Shown here piece by piece: positions 46,519-56,030 of a stretch of DNA of 64,000 nucleotides. Below the pieces are notes generated by a model that saw only the letters and a list, made by a program, of their open reading frames with translations, searched no databases and was not told where the DNA came from. Source of the stretch: Kofleriaceae bacterium (lineage in GTDB: Bacteria > Myxococcota_A > Polyangia > Haliangiales > Haliangiaceae); the NCBI GenBank assembly GCA_965215005.1, contig CBDCCZ010000014.1, positions 64,001 to 128,000 of the forward strand. Direction: 5' to 3'. The translations under genes were made by a program, and so were the position numbers. Each line of letters starts with the position of its first letter. The first letter of the stretch is position 1.

Positions 46519-49500
46519 GTGGCCGCACGCGACTCGCCAACCCGCACCGTCGCCGCCGACACCGACGACGGCGCCCCCGCAGGGCGGCCCTCGCCGACTC
46601 TGGCCAGGCGCGCCAATCCGGCTTCTGAACCGGCGACAGCGCTCGCGCTCGATACCGTCGCGCGCGAGCGCTACCAGTTTCTCGGCGAGGTCGGGCGCGG
46701 CGGCCTCGGCCAGGTCCAGCGCGCGTGCGATCGCCGCCTCGGGCGCGAGGTCGCGGTCAAAGAGCTGCTCGAGCCAACGCCGCTGCGCAAGGCGCACTTC
46801 GTGCGGGAAGCGCTGATCACCGCGCGCTTGCAACATCCCAGCATCGTGGCGCTCTACGACGCGGGGTTTTGGCCCAATGGCGATGTCTTCTACGTCATGA
46901 AGCTCATCGACGGCGAGCCACTGAGCGAGCGGCTGCGCGCGTGCACCGGCGCCAATGAGCGCCTCAGCCTATTACCTGCCGTTATCGCCGTTGCCGAGGC
47001 GATCGCCTATGCGCACGCGCAGCGCATCGTTCACCGCGACCTGAAGCCATCGAACATCGTGCTCGGCGCCTACGGTGAGGTGATGGTGGTCGATTGGGGC
47101 GTCGCGCTCGAGCTCGATGGCGAGCCGGCAGACGGCAGCATCGTCGGCACCCCCGCCTATATGTCGCCCGAGCAAGCCGCAGGCGCTGCGGTCGACGAGC
47201 GCGCCGACGTCTACGCCCTCGGAGCGATTCTCTACAAGCTATTGACGGGCCGTGCACCCTATTCCGGTGGCCGCGGCGCCAGCGCCACGCTCGAGCAGAT
47301 TCGGCGCGCGGCGCCCACTTCCGTGCAGCTCTTGGCGCCGCAGACGCCGCGCGATCTGCTCGCCATCGTCACCACCGCGATGGCGCGGGAGCCCGGCGAC
47401 CGCTACCCGTCCGCCGCGAGCCTGGCCGATGAGCTGCGGCGCTTTCAAGCCGGGCAGCTCATCCGCGCGCGCGAGTACAGCCGCTGGGAACGCAGCAAAC
47501 GGTTCCTGTCGCGCCACCGCCGAGCCTTGGCGCTGTTGGCCGCCTCGACGCTGCTGCTCGCCAGCTTCGCCACCGCCAGCGTCTGGCGCATCGCGCAAGA
47601 GCGCACCCGCGCGGTGGCCGCCGAAGCCGGCGCGCGGCAGCGAGCGCGCGAGCTGGTGCTAACCAATGCGCGCACCGCCTTGCAGGTCGATCCCACCGAG
47701 ACGCTCGCGTGGCTACGCCATCTCGAAGGCGACGCCGCCGCGTGGCGACGAGCGCGGCTCCTCATCGGCGAAGCGCTCGAGCGCGGGGTTTCACGCGATG
47801 TCGTACGCGCCCATCAGAGCAGCGGCTGGCGCCTGGCCATCGCCCCCAACGCCGTGGCATCCGCCGGCTTCGATGGCGCCATTGCGGTGTGGAAGCTAGG
47901 CGAGGCGATACTCACGCGCTTCACTGGCTTTAGCGAGGTTACGGCGCTCGAATGGATGCCGGGGAACACGACGTTGCTGGCAGCCGATCAAGCGGGCAGC
48001 GTGAGGCTAGTGGATCCCGCGCAGAATGCGGCAACCATGATCGCGACGCAACCGGCCGGCTATGGCTGGGCGACGGCGTCAGACGATGGCGAGCAGGTCG
48101 TCGCGACCGGTAGCGAGTCGACGCAGCTGTGGGACCGCGGCAGTAGCCGGCTGCGGACGCTGCCGACCCATGGCGGCTACACCTGGCACGCGCAGTTCAT
48201 CGGCCGCGGCGTCGTCACCACGGGCGATGATGGCATCGTGCGTCTCGTCGATGAAGACGGTGCTCGCGTCGTGGGCCGTCACACCGGCACAGCGACGCAC
48301 CTGGCGGTCTCGCCCGAAGGCCGCTGGGTCGCCTCCGGTGCGGAAAACGGCGACGTCGGCTTGTGGTCCATCGAAGACACCAAGGGCCAAATTCTCAGCG
48401 GCCACACGGCTGCGGTGGAGTCACTGGTGTTTGCCGCAGACGGCGCCTCGCTTTGGACCGCCAGTCGCGATCACACGGTGCGGCGGTGGGAGCTGGCAAC
48501 CGGCGCCGCAACAGAGCTCGAGGTTCATGAAGACGATGTCGTCGCGATAGCGCGCGCCGCCGGCGATCGCTACCTCAGCGCCAGCTACGATGGCACCATT
48601 GCGGTATGGCAGGCTGACGGAGAGCTCGCAGCCCACTTCCATGGTCACCGCGGCGCTGTCGAGGCGGTCGCGGCCACCGACGATGGTGAGACGATGGTGT
48701 CTATCGGCCGCGATGGCAGCGTGAGGAGCTGGCAGCTGCCGGCCCCAGCGCCGGCCATTCCCATCTCCGGCGGCGCCCTCGACCCAGCTATCGCGATTTC
48801 ATCGAAGGCCAGCGTTCTGGCCGTAGCGGCTTACCAGCGCCCCGAAGGCGCGGTCTGGCGCTTCGATCAAGCCGAGCCACCACAGACCATCACCGAGCTG
48901 CCGTGGTGTCGCGGCGTCGACGTGAGCGCGGATGGCCGCGTGGTCGTGTTCGGCGGCTCGAACGGACTGCGCGTGCTAATTGCCGGCGACGAGCGAGCCA
49001 TTGCCATTCCCGACGAGCACGTACAACGGGTGGCGTTGGCGCCCGATGCCGTGCACCTCGCCGCGGGCACCGCTTCCGGCAAGGTGTTCTTGGCAACGAC
49101 TCGGGGCGAGCTCGCCGAGCTTGGCACCCATGACGGCTTCGTCACCCAGCTGCGATTTTCGCCCGACGGCCAGCTGCTCGCCACCGTTGCCCGCGACGGC
49201 ACCCTCAAGATCTGGCGCGTCGGCGATCATCGCTTGCTCGGCACCGGCACGCACGACAAGCCCAATCTCTACAGCATCGCGTGGAGCTCGCCCACCGAGC
49301 TTGCCACCGGCGGGCAAGACGCGGCCATTCGCCGCTGGCGCATCATCGACAACGGCGTGGCAGCGGTGGACGTTCTGCGCGGACATCGCAGCTCGGTCAC
49401 CGCGCTGACGTTCTTGCGCGACGGCCGGTTGGTGAGCGCGGGCAAAGATCGCACGGTGCGGCTGTGGAGCGCTGCGGGGATGCTGCAAGACACTCTCATC

Positions 49501-49854
49501 AGCTACGGCGGCGCGCTGTACTCGCTCGATGTTGCGCCCGACGAGACGCGGGTGGTCACCGCCGGACAGGACGGCGCGGTGCGGCTTTGGGATCTGCTCG
49601 CGCGCGAAAGTCGCGTGCTCGGCACCCACGCCGAAGCCGCGCACGACGCCAAGTTCACCGCCGACGGCACGACCATCTTCTCGATCGGCGCGCGCGGTGA
49701 CGTTGGGCGCTGGGACGATGCGTTGCCGTTTGCGCCGGCTGGGCTGCGCGCGGCCATCGACCGCGCCACCACCGCGACCATCGCGCCAGGAGAGCCGCTG
49801 GCCACACCCATGCAGGTACACGAGGTCGCCGTCACCGACTTGCCCGTTCGGTGA
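46519..49854 (+). CDS. Ser/Thr kinase with C-terminal WD40 beta-propellers
   Basis: GRGGLG, VAVK, HRDLKPSN, DWG, GTPAYMSPE; hydrophobic segment; many GH...W repeats. Confidence 0.95.
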   Translation: MAARDSPTRTVAADTDDGAPAGRPSPTLARRANPASEPATALALDTVARERYQFLGEVGRGGLGQVQRACDRRLGREVAVKELLEPTPLRKAHFVREALITARLQHPSIVALYDAGFWPNGDVFYVMKLIDGEPLSERLRACTGANERLSLLPAVIAVAEAIAYAHAQRIVHRDLKPSNIVLGAYGEVMVVDWGVALELDGEPADGSIVGTPAYMSPEQAAGAAVDERADVYALGAILYKLLTGRAPYSGGRGASATLEQIRRAAPTSVQLLAPQTPRDLLAIVTTAMAREPGDRYPSAASLADELRRFQAGQLIRAREYSRWERSKRFLSRHRRALALLAASTLLLASFATASVWRIAQERTRAVAAEAGARQRARELVLTNARTALQVDPTETLAWLRHLEGDAAAWRRARLLIGEALERGVSRDVVRAHQSSGWRLAIAPNAVASAGFDGAIAVWKLGEAILTRFTGFSEVTALEWMPGNTTLLAADQAGSVRLVDPAQNAATMIATQPAGYGWATASDDGEQVVATGSESTQLWDRGSSRLRTLPTHGGYTWHAQFIGRGVVTTGDDGIVRLVDEDGARVVGRHTGTATHLAVSPEGRWVASGAENGDVGLWSIEDTKGQILSGHTAAVESLVFAADGASLWTASRDHTVRRWELATGAATELEVHEDDVVAIARAAGDRYLSASYDGTIAVWQADGELAAHFHGHRGAVEAVAATDDGETMVSIGRDGSVRSWQLPAPAPAIPISGGALDPAIAISSKASVLAVAAYQRPEGAVWRFDQAEPPQTITELPWCRGVDVSADGRVVVFGGSNGLRVLIAGDERAIAIPDEHVQRVALAPDAVHLAAGTASGKVFLATTRGELAELGTHDGFVTQLRFSPDGQLLATVARDGTLKIWRVGDHRLLGTGTHDKPNLYSIAWSSPTELATGGQDAAIRRWRIIDNGVAAVDVLRGHRSSVTALTFLRDGRLVSAGKDRTVRLWSAAGMLQDTLISYGGALYSLDVAPDETRVVTAGQDGAVRLWDLLARESRVLGTHAEAAHDAKFTADGTTIFSIGARGDVGRWDDALPFAPAGLRAAIDRATTATIAPGEPLATPMQVHEVAVTDLPVR

Positions 49855-49890
49855 GGTTGCCGCGAAACGCTGCCGCCGTATAGAGGAGCC

Positions 49891-50502
49891 ATGATCGAGC
49901 TCTATACCTGGACCACTCCCAACGGCCGCAAACCACTCATCCTGCTCGAAGAGCTAGGCCTGCCATACGAGGCTCACGCGATTGACATCGGCGCTGGCGA
50001 GCAGCACGAGCCAACATTTCTAGCCATCAATCCCAATGGCAAGATTCCCGCACTCGTCGACCGCCTCGACGATGGCAGTCACGTGCAGCTGTTCGAGTCA
50101 GGCGCCGTTCTCATCTATCTGGCGGAGAAGTGCGGCCGCTTGCTGCCGAGCAGTGGCCAAGCGCGAGCCGAGACGCTGTCGTGGTTGATGTTCCAGGTCG
50201 GCGGCGTTGGCCCCATGTTCGGCCAGCTCGGCCACTTTCGCCGGCTCGATGCGCGCAACGAGTACGCTCTCGAGCGCTACGGTGACGAGACCAAACGGCT
50301 GTTCTCGGTGCTCGACCAGCGCCTGAAGGAAGTGCCATATCTCGCCGGCGAGTACTCCATTGCCGACATTGCGACCTATCCGTGGGCCAAGGCACTCGAG
50401 ATGTTCGAGCTGCCCAAGGACGACTATCCCCATGTCGTCACCTGGATGGAAACGATCGGCGAGCGCGCTGCGGTGAAGAAGGCAGAAGCCTGGAAGCCCT
50501 AG
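49891..50502 (+). CDS. Glutathione S-transferase (YfcG/Ure2-like)
   Basis: WTTPNGRK, NPNGKIP, FESGA, YSIADIA; GAGGAG RBS. Confidence 0.95.
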   Translation: MIELYTWTTPNGRKPLILLEELGLPYEAHAIDIGAGEQHEPTFLAINPNGKIPALVDRLDDGSHVQLFESGAVLIYLAEKCGRLLPSSGQARAETLSWLMFQVGGVGPMFGQLGHFRRLDARNEYALERYGDETKRLFSVLDQRLKEVPYLAGEYSIADIATYPWAKALEMFELPKDDYPHVVTWMETIGERAAVKKAEAWKP

Positions 50503-50589
50503 TAAGGCTGCTCACACTACGACCTCCGAGCCGGCTGCCCTCGTGCACTGAATCCCGATCCGAGGTGACGAACTCGGTAAGGTAGTCCG

Positions 50590-51582
50590 ATGAGCAACGG
50601 CATCCATCCCGCAGACGCCCTGTTCGAGGGCGAGAAGCCCTTCCCCGTCATCCCCTCCTGCGAACACTTTGCCGGCAGCGAAAAGCTGATCGGCAAAGCG
50701 TTCGCGCTTCAAAGTAAGCTCGGGCCGATCTTCGACATCACCATGGACTGCGAAGACGGCGCCCCGGCCGGCCGCGAACAGCAGCACGCCGAGATGGTGG
50801 TCGAGATGCAAAAGGCCGAGGCCAACGTTCATCGAATGGCCGGCATCCGCATCCACGACTACACCCACGCAGCGTGGAAACAAGACGTCGATATCATCGT
50901 TCCCGGCGCTGGCGATCGCCTGGCGTACATCACGATTCCCAAGCCCACGGCAGCGGCGCAGGTCGCCGAAATGGTCGACTACATTCGCGCTGCATGCAAC
51001 CAGCACGGCATCCGCAGGCAGCTGCCGATCCACGTGCTGATCGAGACCCACGGCGCGCTCCGCGACAGCTTCGAGATCGCCGCGATTCCATGGGTCGCGG
51101 TGCTTGATTTCGGCCTCATGGACTTCGTCTCCGGTCATCACGGCGCGGTTCCGTCGTCGGCGATGCGCTCGCCAGGGCAGTTCGAGCACGCGCTGATCGC
51201 CCGCGCCAAAGCGCAGGTGGTGGCCGCAGCGCTGGCCAACGGCGTGGTTCCGGCGCACAACGTGACGCTCGATCTCAAGAACGTCTATCAGACCCACAGC
51301 GATGCGCGACGCGCCAATCGTGAATTTGGCTTCTTGCGCATGTGGTCGATCTACCCGGCGCAGATTCAGCCCATCGTCGATGCCATGGCGCCCGACTTCA
51401 ACGAGGTTCAAGCCGGCGTCGAGATCCTGTTGGCGGCGCAGAAGGCCAGCTGGGGCCCCATTCAGCACGCCGGCGAGCTGCACGACCGCGCTACCTACCG
51501 CTATTACTGGGAGCTGGTGCAGCGAGCGCACGTCTCGGGGCAATCGCTGCCCAGTGATGCGCAAGCGTGGTTCACCCGCTGA
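50590..51582 (+). CDS. HpcH/HpaI aldolase / citrate lyase beta (CitE-like) protein
   Basis: DCEDGA, IPK, LIET, FGLMDF, WSIYPAQI. Confidence 0.92.
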   Translation: MSNGIHPADALFEGEKPFPVIPSCEHFAGSEKLIGKAFALQSKLGPIFDITMDCEDGAPAGREQQHAEMVVEMQKAEANVHRMAGIRIHDYTHAAWKQDVDIIVPGAGDRLAYITIPKPTAAAQVAEMVDYIRAACNQHGIRRQLPIHVLIETHGALRDSFEIAAIPWVAVLDFGLMDFVSGHHGAVPSSAMRSPGQFEHALIARAKAQVVAAALANGVVPAHNVTLDLKNVYQTHSDARRANREFGFLRMWSIYPAQIQPIVDAMAPDFNEVQAGVEILLAAQKASWGPIQHAGELHDRATYRYYWELVQRAHVSGQSLPSDAQAWFTR

Positions 51583-51600
51583 TTCGCGCGCAGCCGGTGG

Positions 51601-53046
51601 TTACTCGGCGCGCTCGCGGCACGCGTACTCGCAGTGCTTCTTGTGCGCGCAATCGTAGCTGCAGCCGGCTGCGAGCGCAAAGCCTACCAACACGTCGTGG
51701 GGCGGCGATGCAGCGCCTGCCGCCCGACGTGCGGCGGCTGCCGCCGGTAACAACGCGCGGGCATCGTGAGCATATGGCGTGGTGAGGTAGCCGAGGCGAA
51801 ACAGGGTGTCGCGCACGGTGCGGTCGGGCAAGGCGATGAAGTCGCCGAGGTTGTCGAAGCGGACCGCTCCCAGCGACGCGAGCGCGCCCAAGATCCAGAA
51901 CAGCTCGATCTTGAAGAGGCCACGGCCGAGGGCGCCGTCGAGCACGTCGAAGGCGGCATCGGCCGAGCTCTGCCGCTCGAGCGTCGCCGCGAGCTGGGGC
52001 GCTTCGGCGCACCGCCGGGCGACCAGGGAGGCCAGCATCAACGCTTGCGCATCGACCCGCTCGGGCAACGTCTCCGGCGCCGTGCCGTAGTACAGATCGG
52101 TGAGGATGCCGGCCTCCTGCAGGGCTGCGAACGCAGCGCTCGCCCGCTGGCGGTCTTGACCCAAGCGAAACGCCAGCGCTGCCGCCACCGCTACCCGGTA
52201 CAGCGTCTCCTCCGCCTGCTCCATCCATTGCTCGCGATCGATGCCGAAGTCGCCGAGCACCGGTCCCGCCACCGGCTCGCGCTGCTCGGCCCACCAGCCC
52301 TGTAGCCGAGCCGTGGTCTCCGCGAGCACCTCTGCGGAAAACGCATCGCAGCCGGCGAAACGACCCACGGCAACCGGCCGCTCACGTCCACGCGGACAGC
52401 TCAGCTGCGCGGACGGCGCCGACGGCGCAGGAGCCGCGGCAACGGGAGTATCGGTGGGCTCCTCGAGCCGCAGCGGCTGGCGCTCTTCGGGCTGATCCTC
52501 GTCGAGAAAGTCGTCGATATCGAGCGCAGCCGCTTTTTGGGCCAGCGCTTGCCCGCGCTCATCGAGCACGAACGCGATGCCGACCATCTTGACCAGCGCG
52601 AGCCCCTGCGCGAGGTAGAGCCAGGCAATCACCGCGGGACGGGTCGGTCGCGCACCGCGAAATCCCGGTCCATCGATGTATTTGAACAACTCGTCGCGGA
52701 CGTGAGGACGCTCGCTGCAGCAATCAAGGACAGCTTTGCACACCAGTGGATGCAGCTGCCAAAGACGCTCCGCGAGCACCTCCTTGGCTGCCTCGTCATC
52801 CGCGGCGTCGGCAACCCGGCGCATGACCGCCGACGGCACCACGAGGTCACTGGCGCTCAACGCCAGGAAATTCAGCAGCGCATCGACGTGGTCGCGATCC
52901 CACAGGCCTTTGTCTTTGAGGCGATGGCGAAAGCTCTTCATGCGCTCGCCCTCGGCAGGCACCTCGCGACACAGCGCGATCAGAAGAGCGACAGCGCGCG
53001 AGGCACCACCCGAAGGGAGCTGGGGATATTCCGTTACCTGAGGCAT
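51601..53046 (-). CDS. Hypothetical protein with C-terminal four-Cys cluster
   Basis: 481-aa ORF; two domains joined by an acidic/Pro-rich linker; ends in CSYDCAHKKHCEYAC. Confidence 0.8.
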   Translation of the reverse strand: MPQVTEYPQLPSGGASRAVALLIALCREVPAEGERMKSFRHRLKDKGLWDRDHVDALLNFLALSASDLVVPSAVMRRVADAADDEAAKEVLAERLWQLHPLVCKAVLDCCSERPHVRDELFKYIDGPGFRGARPTRPAVIAWLYLAQGLALVKMVGIAFVLDERGQALAQKAAALDIDDFLDEDQPEERQPLRLEEPTDTPVAAAPAPSAPSAQLSCPRGRERPVAVGRFAGCDAFSAEVLAETTARLQGWWAEQREPVAGPVLGDFGIDREQWMEQAEETLYRVAVAAALAFRLGQDRQRASAAFAALQEAGILTDLYYGTAPETLPERVDAQALMLASLVARRCAEAPQLAATLERQSSADAAFDVLDGALGRGLFKIELFWILGALASLGAVRFDNLGDFIALPDRTVRDTLFRLGYLTTPYAHDARALLPAAAAARRAAGAASPPHDVLVGFALAAGCSYDCAHKKHCEYACRERAE

Positions 53047-53128
53047 GAGCGCGCCGGCATTGTTTCATAGCCGAGCCGGCGGTGCCGAGGCGCAGCCGAG
53101 CTGATTCCGCTATGCTCAACTGCACACC

Positions 53129-53803
53129 GTGAGACGTTCTTCTTCAAAGCCAGTGCGCCCGCTTCTTCTCGCGTTTTTTCTGGCCGCTTCCTGCGGCGCC
53201 ACCGCGCAGCCGCCGCGGGGGCCCGCCTACGATCCGGTCAACTCACCCGAAGCGCCCACCGCTTGCCCCGAGGAGCGCAAGCAGGCGCAAGCCGCGCGCG
53301 AAGAGCTGCTCGAAGGCGAGCGCCTCGAGCAACGCGCGCCCACCGCCGAGGCGGTTCTCAAACAGGCCGACTGCGAGCGTCAAACGTTCGCCGAGATTCC
53401 CCTCGAGGCGCCGACCCAGGAGCTCATGCTGCAGCGGCTGCGCGAGGCGCGCGACGTGTATCAGAGCGTGACCAACCTCTATGAAGAGGTGGTCCGTTAC
53501 GACACCGAATTGGCCGGTCCCGCGGGGGCGCGCCTTGGCGACACCCACGCGGCCTTCGCCGCCAAAGTGCGGCAAGCGCCGCCGCCGTCCGAGCTCACCG
53601 ATCCGGCGGCGCGCGCCGACTTCGTGACCGAGTTGATGCAGCTGGCTGCGGAGCTCGACGATCGCGCCGTTATGGCCTACGCCGCGGCGCTCGATCACGC
53701 CCCGCGCATCGCTCCCAAACCAGCGTGGGTGAGCACCACGTGCGAGCAGTTGCGCGCGCTCGACAGCGCGATGTTCACCGCCACTGCCGCGTGCAATCGC
53801 TAA
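53129..53803 (+). CDS. Hypothetical helical lipoprotein
   Basis: Lipobox AASC; TPR-like helical mature region. Confidence 0.75.
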   Translation: MRRSSSKPVRPLLLAFFLAASCGATAQPPRGPAYDPVNSPEAPTACPEERKQAQAAREELLEGERLEQRAPTAEAVLKQADCERQTFAEIPLEAPTQELMLQRLREARDVYQSVTNLYEEVVRYDTELAGPAGARLGDTHAAFAAKVRQAPPPSELTDPAARADFVTELMQLAAELDDRAVMAYAAALDHAPRIAPKPAWVSTTCEQLRALDSAMFTATAACNR

Positions 53804-53809
53804 CGCCGA

Positions 53810-55186
53810 TTACGGCGCTGGCGCGAGCACCGCGCAAACGGCCTCTGGCGCGGTCATGCCGTGCTTGCGCAAATACGCTTCGCTCGAGGTGATGAGCCCC
53901 TGCCCCGCCGCGCCACCAACCAGCTGACCGCGGCGCCGCCGCACCACCACCTCGTGCAAATGCATGCCCAGCTCCACCAGCTCCGCCTCCGCGGTGCTCA
54001 TGAGACGTAGCGCGCCACGCTCCTGGCCTCGCACCCGCAACAGTGCCGACTCGAGAAGAGTCGCGAGCGCCGCCGGCCACGGCAACTCAAGCGCCCGCAG
54101 CTGCCGCGCAACGCGACCAGCAAGCGCAAAGCCCTCACTCCATCCCGCAAGGCCTGCCGCCAGCGCCGCGCGGGCGCGCAGGTCGAGCGCTTCCACCGTA
54201 AATGCCGGCGCTCGCACCACCCCGGCGCGCCGCAGCTCGGGCCACGCTCGCTCGACCAGCTGGGAGGCGCCGCGGCCATCGCCGGCGTAGAGCCGCCCGA
54301 GAGCGCGCGCGTTGACCACGGCGTATCGCAGCCACGCCGCTCCCTCTTCGCGCGCGGCGAGTCGGTCGGCCTCGGCGACGATGTCATCGAGGATCGCGGC
54401 ATGGCCGGTGGCCAGCAGCGCAAGCGCCGCCGGGCCGGTGCCCAGGGTGACCACGTTGAGTCGGTCCTCGCGAGCACGCGCGTCGTCGACGAGCGCCATC
54501 GCCAGCCGCCGAGCGTCGCGCACCTCGCCGAGATAGAGCGAGGCTTCGGTGTCGAGCAGCGCCGCGGCAAACCGCTCGGCCGCCGCGTCGTCGCCGTGGC
54601 AGCGAGCCACCAGAGGTCGCGCCAACTCGCGCGCCGACTGCCACTCGCCGCGCTCGCGCGCCAAGGTTGCAACAGCGAGATCGACGTGGGCGCTGGAGCG
54701 CTCATCGCGGGCCAATGCGCGGGCCTCGGTGAGCAGCGCCTTGGCGCGCCGGCTGGCGGGGCGCAGGGAGGTGGCGTGTACGGCGCCGGCATAGGCCAAA
54801 CTTCGAGCCACGTGATCGGCGGCGCGCGCATCGAGCGCGAGCGCCAAGTGGCGAGCATGGACATCGCGCGCGGCCGCCGGATCGACGCGCACCAGCACCA
54901 GAGCAGCGCCCGAGAGGAGCTCGAGCACATCGGCGGCCTCGACCTCGGGGCGGGCTTTCTCGTCGATCGCCGCGCGAATCCGGCGGCGTCGCAGGTCTTT
55001 CCGCTGGGTGCCGTTTAGACTGGCGCGACGGGTGGCGGTGCTGCCGGTGGCGGCGAGCTCACGAGCCAGAATCGCGGCCAGCTCGCGGACCTCCGGCAGC
55101 GCCAGAGACAGCTCGCCACGAGCGAGACAGCGCCAGGTTCGCTCGCAGCGCTGCCGGCGACTGGGTCGAGGGGAAGAGTCGCTCAC
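53810..55186 (-). CDS. Stand-alone TPR-like domain homologous to the C-terminus of the kinase-AAA proteins
   Basis: C-terminus RRRGQLVGGAAG...LAP aligns with RLGQLVGGDAG...MLP of 59551-63598. No kinase or P-loop. Start approximately GTG 55186. Confidence 0.7.
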   Translation of the reverse strand: MSDSSPRPSRRQRCERTWRCLARGELSLALPEVRELAAILARELAATGSTATRRASLNGTQRKDLRRRRIRAAIDEKARPEVEAADVLELLSGAALVLVRVDPAAARDVHARHLALALDARAADHVARSLAYAGAVHATSLRPASRRAKALLTEARALARDERSSAHVDLAVATLARERGEWQSARELARPLVARCHGDDAAAERFAAALLDTEASLYLGEVRDARRLAMALVDDARAREDRLNVVTLGTGPAALALLATGHAAILDDIVAEADRLAAREEGAAWLRYAVVNARALGRLYAGDGRGASQLVERAWPELRRAGVVRAPAFTVEALDLRARAALAAGLAGWSEGFALAGRVARQLRALELPWPAALATLLESALLRVRGQERGALRLMSTAEAELVELGMHLHEVVVRRRRGQLVGGAAGQGLITSSEAYLRKHGMTAPEAVCAVLAPAP

Positions 55187-55262
55187 GCGGTCATTGGTGC
55201 GATGCCGGTTGCCGCGCTGTGGCCATGCTGCGCCCGCTCTTGCATCGCCAACGTCTCTCCGT

Positions 55263-55871
55263 TCACGGCGAGGGCAGCTTCTTCTTGATGCTCTCGATGA
55301 CCTCGGTGTAGCTCGTGGACTTGACCACCTCGGAGAGCTCTTCGGTGTAGCGCGTGACGAGATCGGTGCGCCGCCGCTCGATGGCGTCTTCGCGAGCCTT
55401 GTAGAGGGTGATGAAGGCGCGCTCGGCGTTGACGAAGTACTCGACCACTGCGAGCACCGCACAGGCGGTGGAAGAGACGATCGATCGCGATTGGTCGGCG
55501 AACGAGAAGTGCTTGCCTTCGGAGTTCTTGACCTCGATGGTCACGGTACCGAGCGCGTCGACACCGCTTTGGCCTTTCTTGGTGTCGAGCTGTCCGCGCA
55601 CCGCAAACGACAGCAGCTGGATCGTCTTGAGAGACGGATACTCTTGCCCATAGCGGCTCAGAAGGCCGGAGTGCAGCGCATCGACCAGGCCGCACCCTTG
55701 CCCTTCCACGGTGACGTCGTGACCATCGGCTTCGCCGGCCAAGAGCGAGATTTTGCTGGTATGCGACGCTTGATCTTCCTCGACGACCAACCGCTTGAGC
55801 GATAGCTCGAGGTAATCGCCGCCGAGCACCCGGCGAATGAGCTCGATGTTGTCTTGAGGGCGTCTAGTCAC
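55263..55871 (-). CDS. Stand-alone LeuA/CimA allosteric-domain-like protein
   Basis: EGQGCGLVDAL...LLSFAV...GVDALGTVTIEV...SIVSSTACAVLAVV follows the LeuA regulatory-domain pattern. GTG 55871 lies 7 nt after TATAGT. Confidence 0.72.
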   Translation of the reverse strand: MTRRPQDNIELIRRVLGGDYLELSLKRLVVEEDQASHTSKISLLAGEADGHDVTVEGQGCGLVDALHSGLLSRYGQEYPSLKTIQLLSFAVRGQLDTKKGQSGVDALGTVTIEVKNSEGKHFSFADQSRSIVSSTACAVLAVVEYFVNAERAFITLYKAREDAIERRRTDLVTRYTEELSEVVKSTSYTEVIESIKKKLPSP

Positions 55872-56030
55872 GTTAAACACTATACCGCAGCGTCTTCTAC
55901 CGCGCCCCGCAACCTCACGCTCATGGCACCACTGCATCACGAGCAACGCGGCGCAGAGTCAACATCGCTGTGCTTGCAAAGCGCCTGCGGCAGGTACTTC
56001 CTCGCGTAGCGACTGGTACGATACTCGCTC

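Noticed and set aside
46095..46616. N-terminal extension of the SDR ORF
   Set aside because: It is antisense to the small peptide gene and the kinase start; SDR homology begins at ATG 46094.
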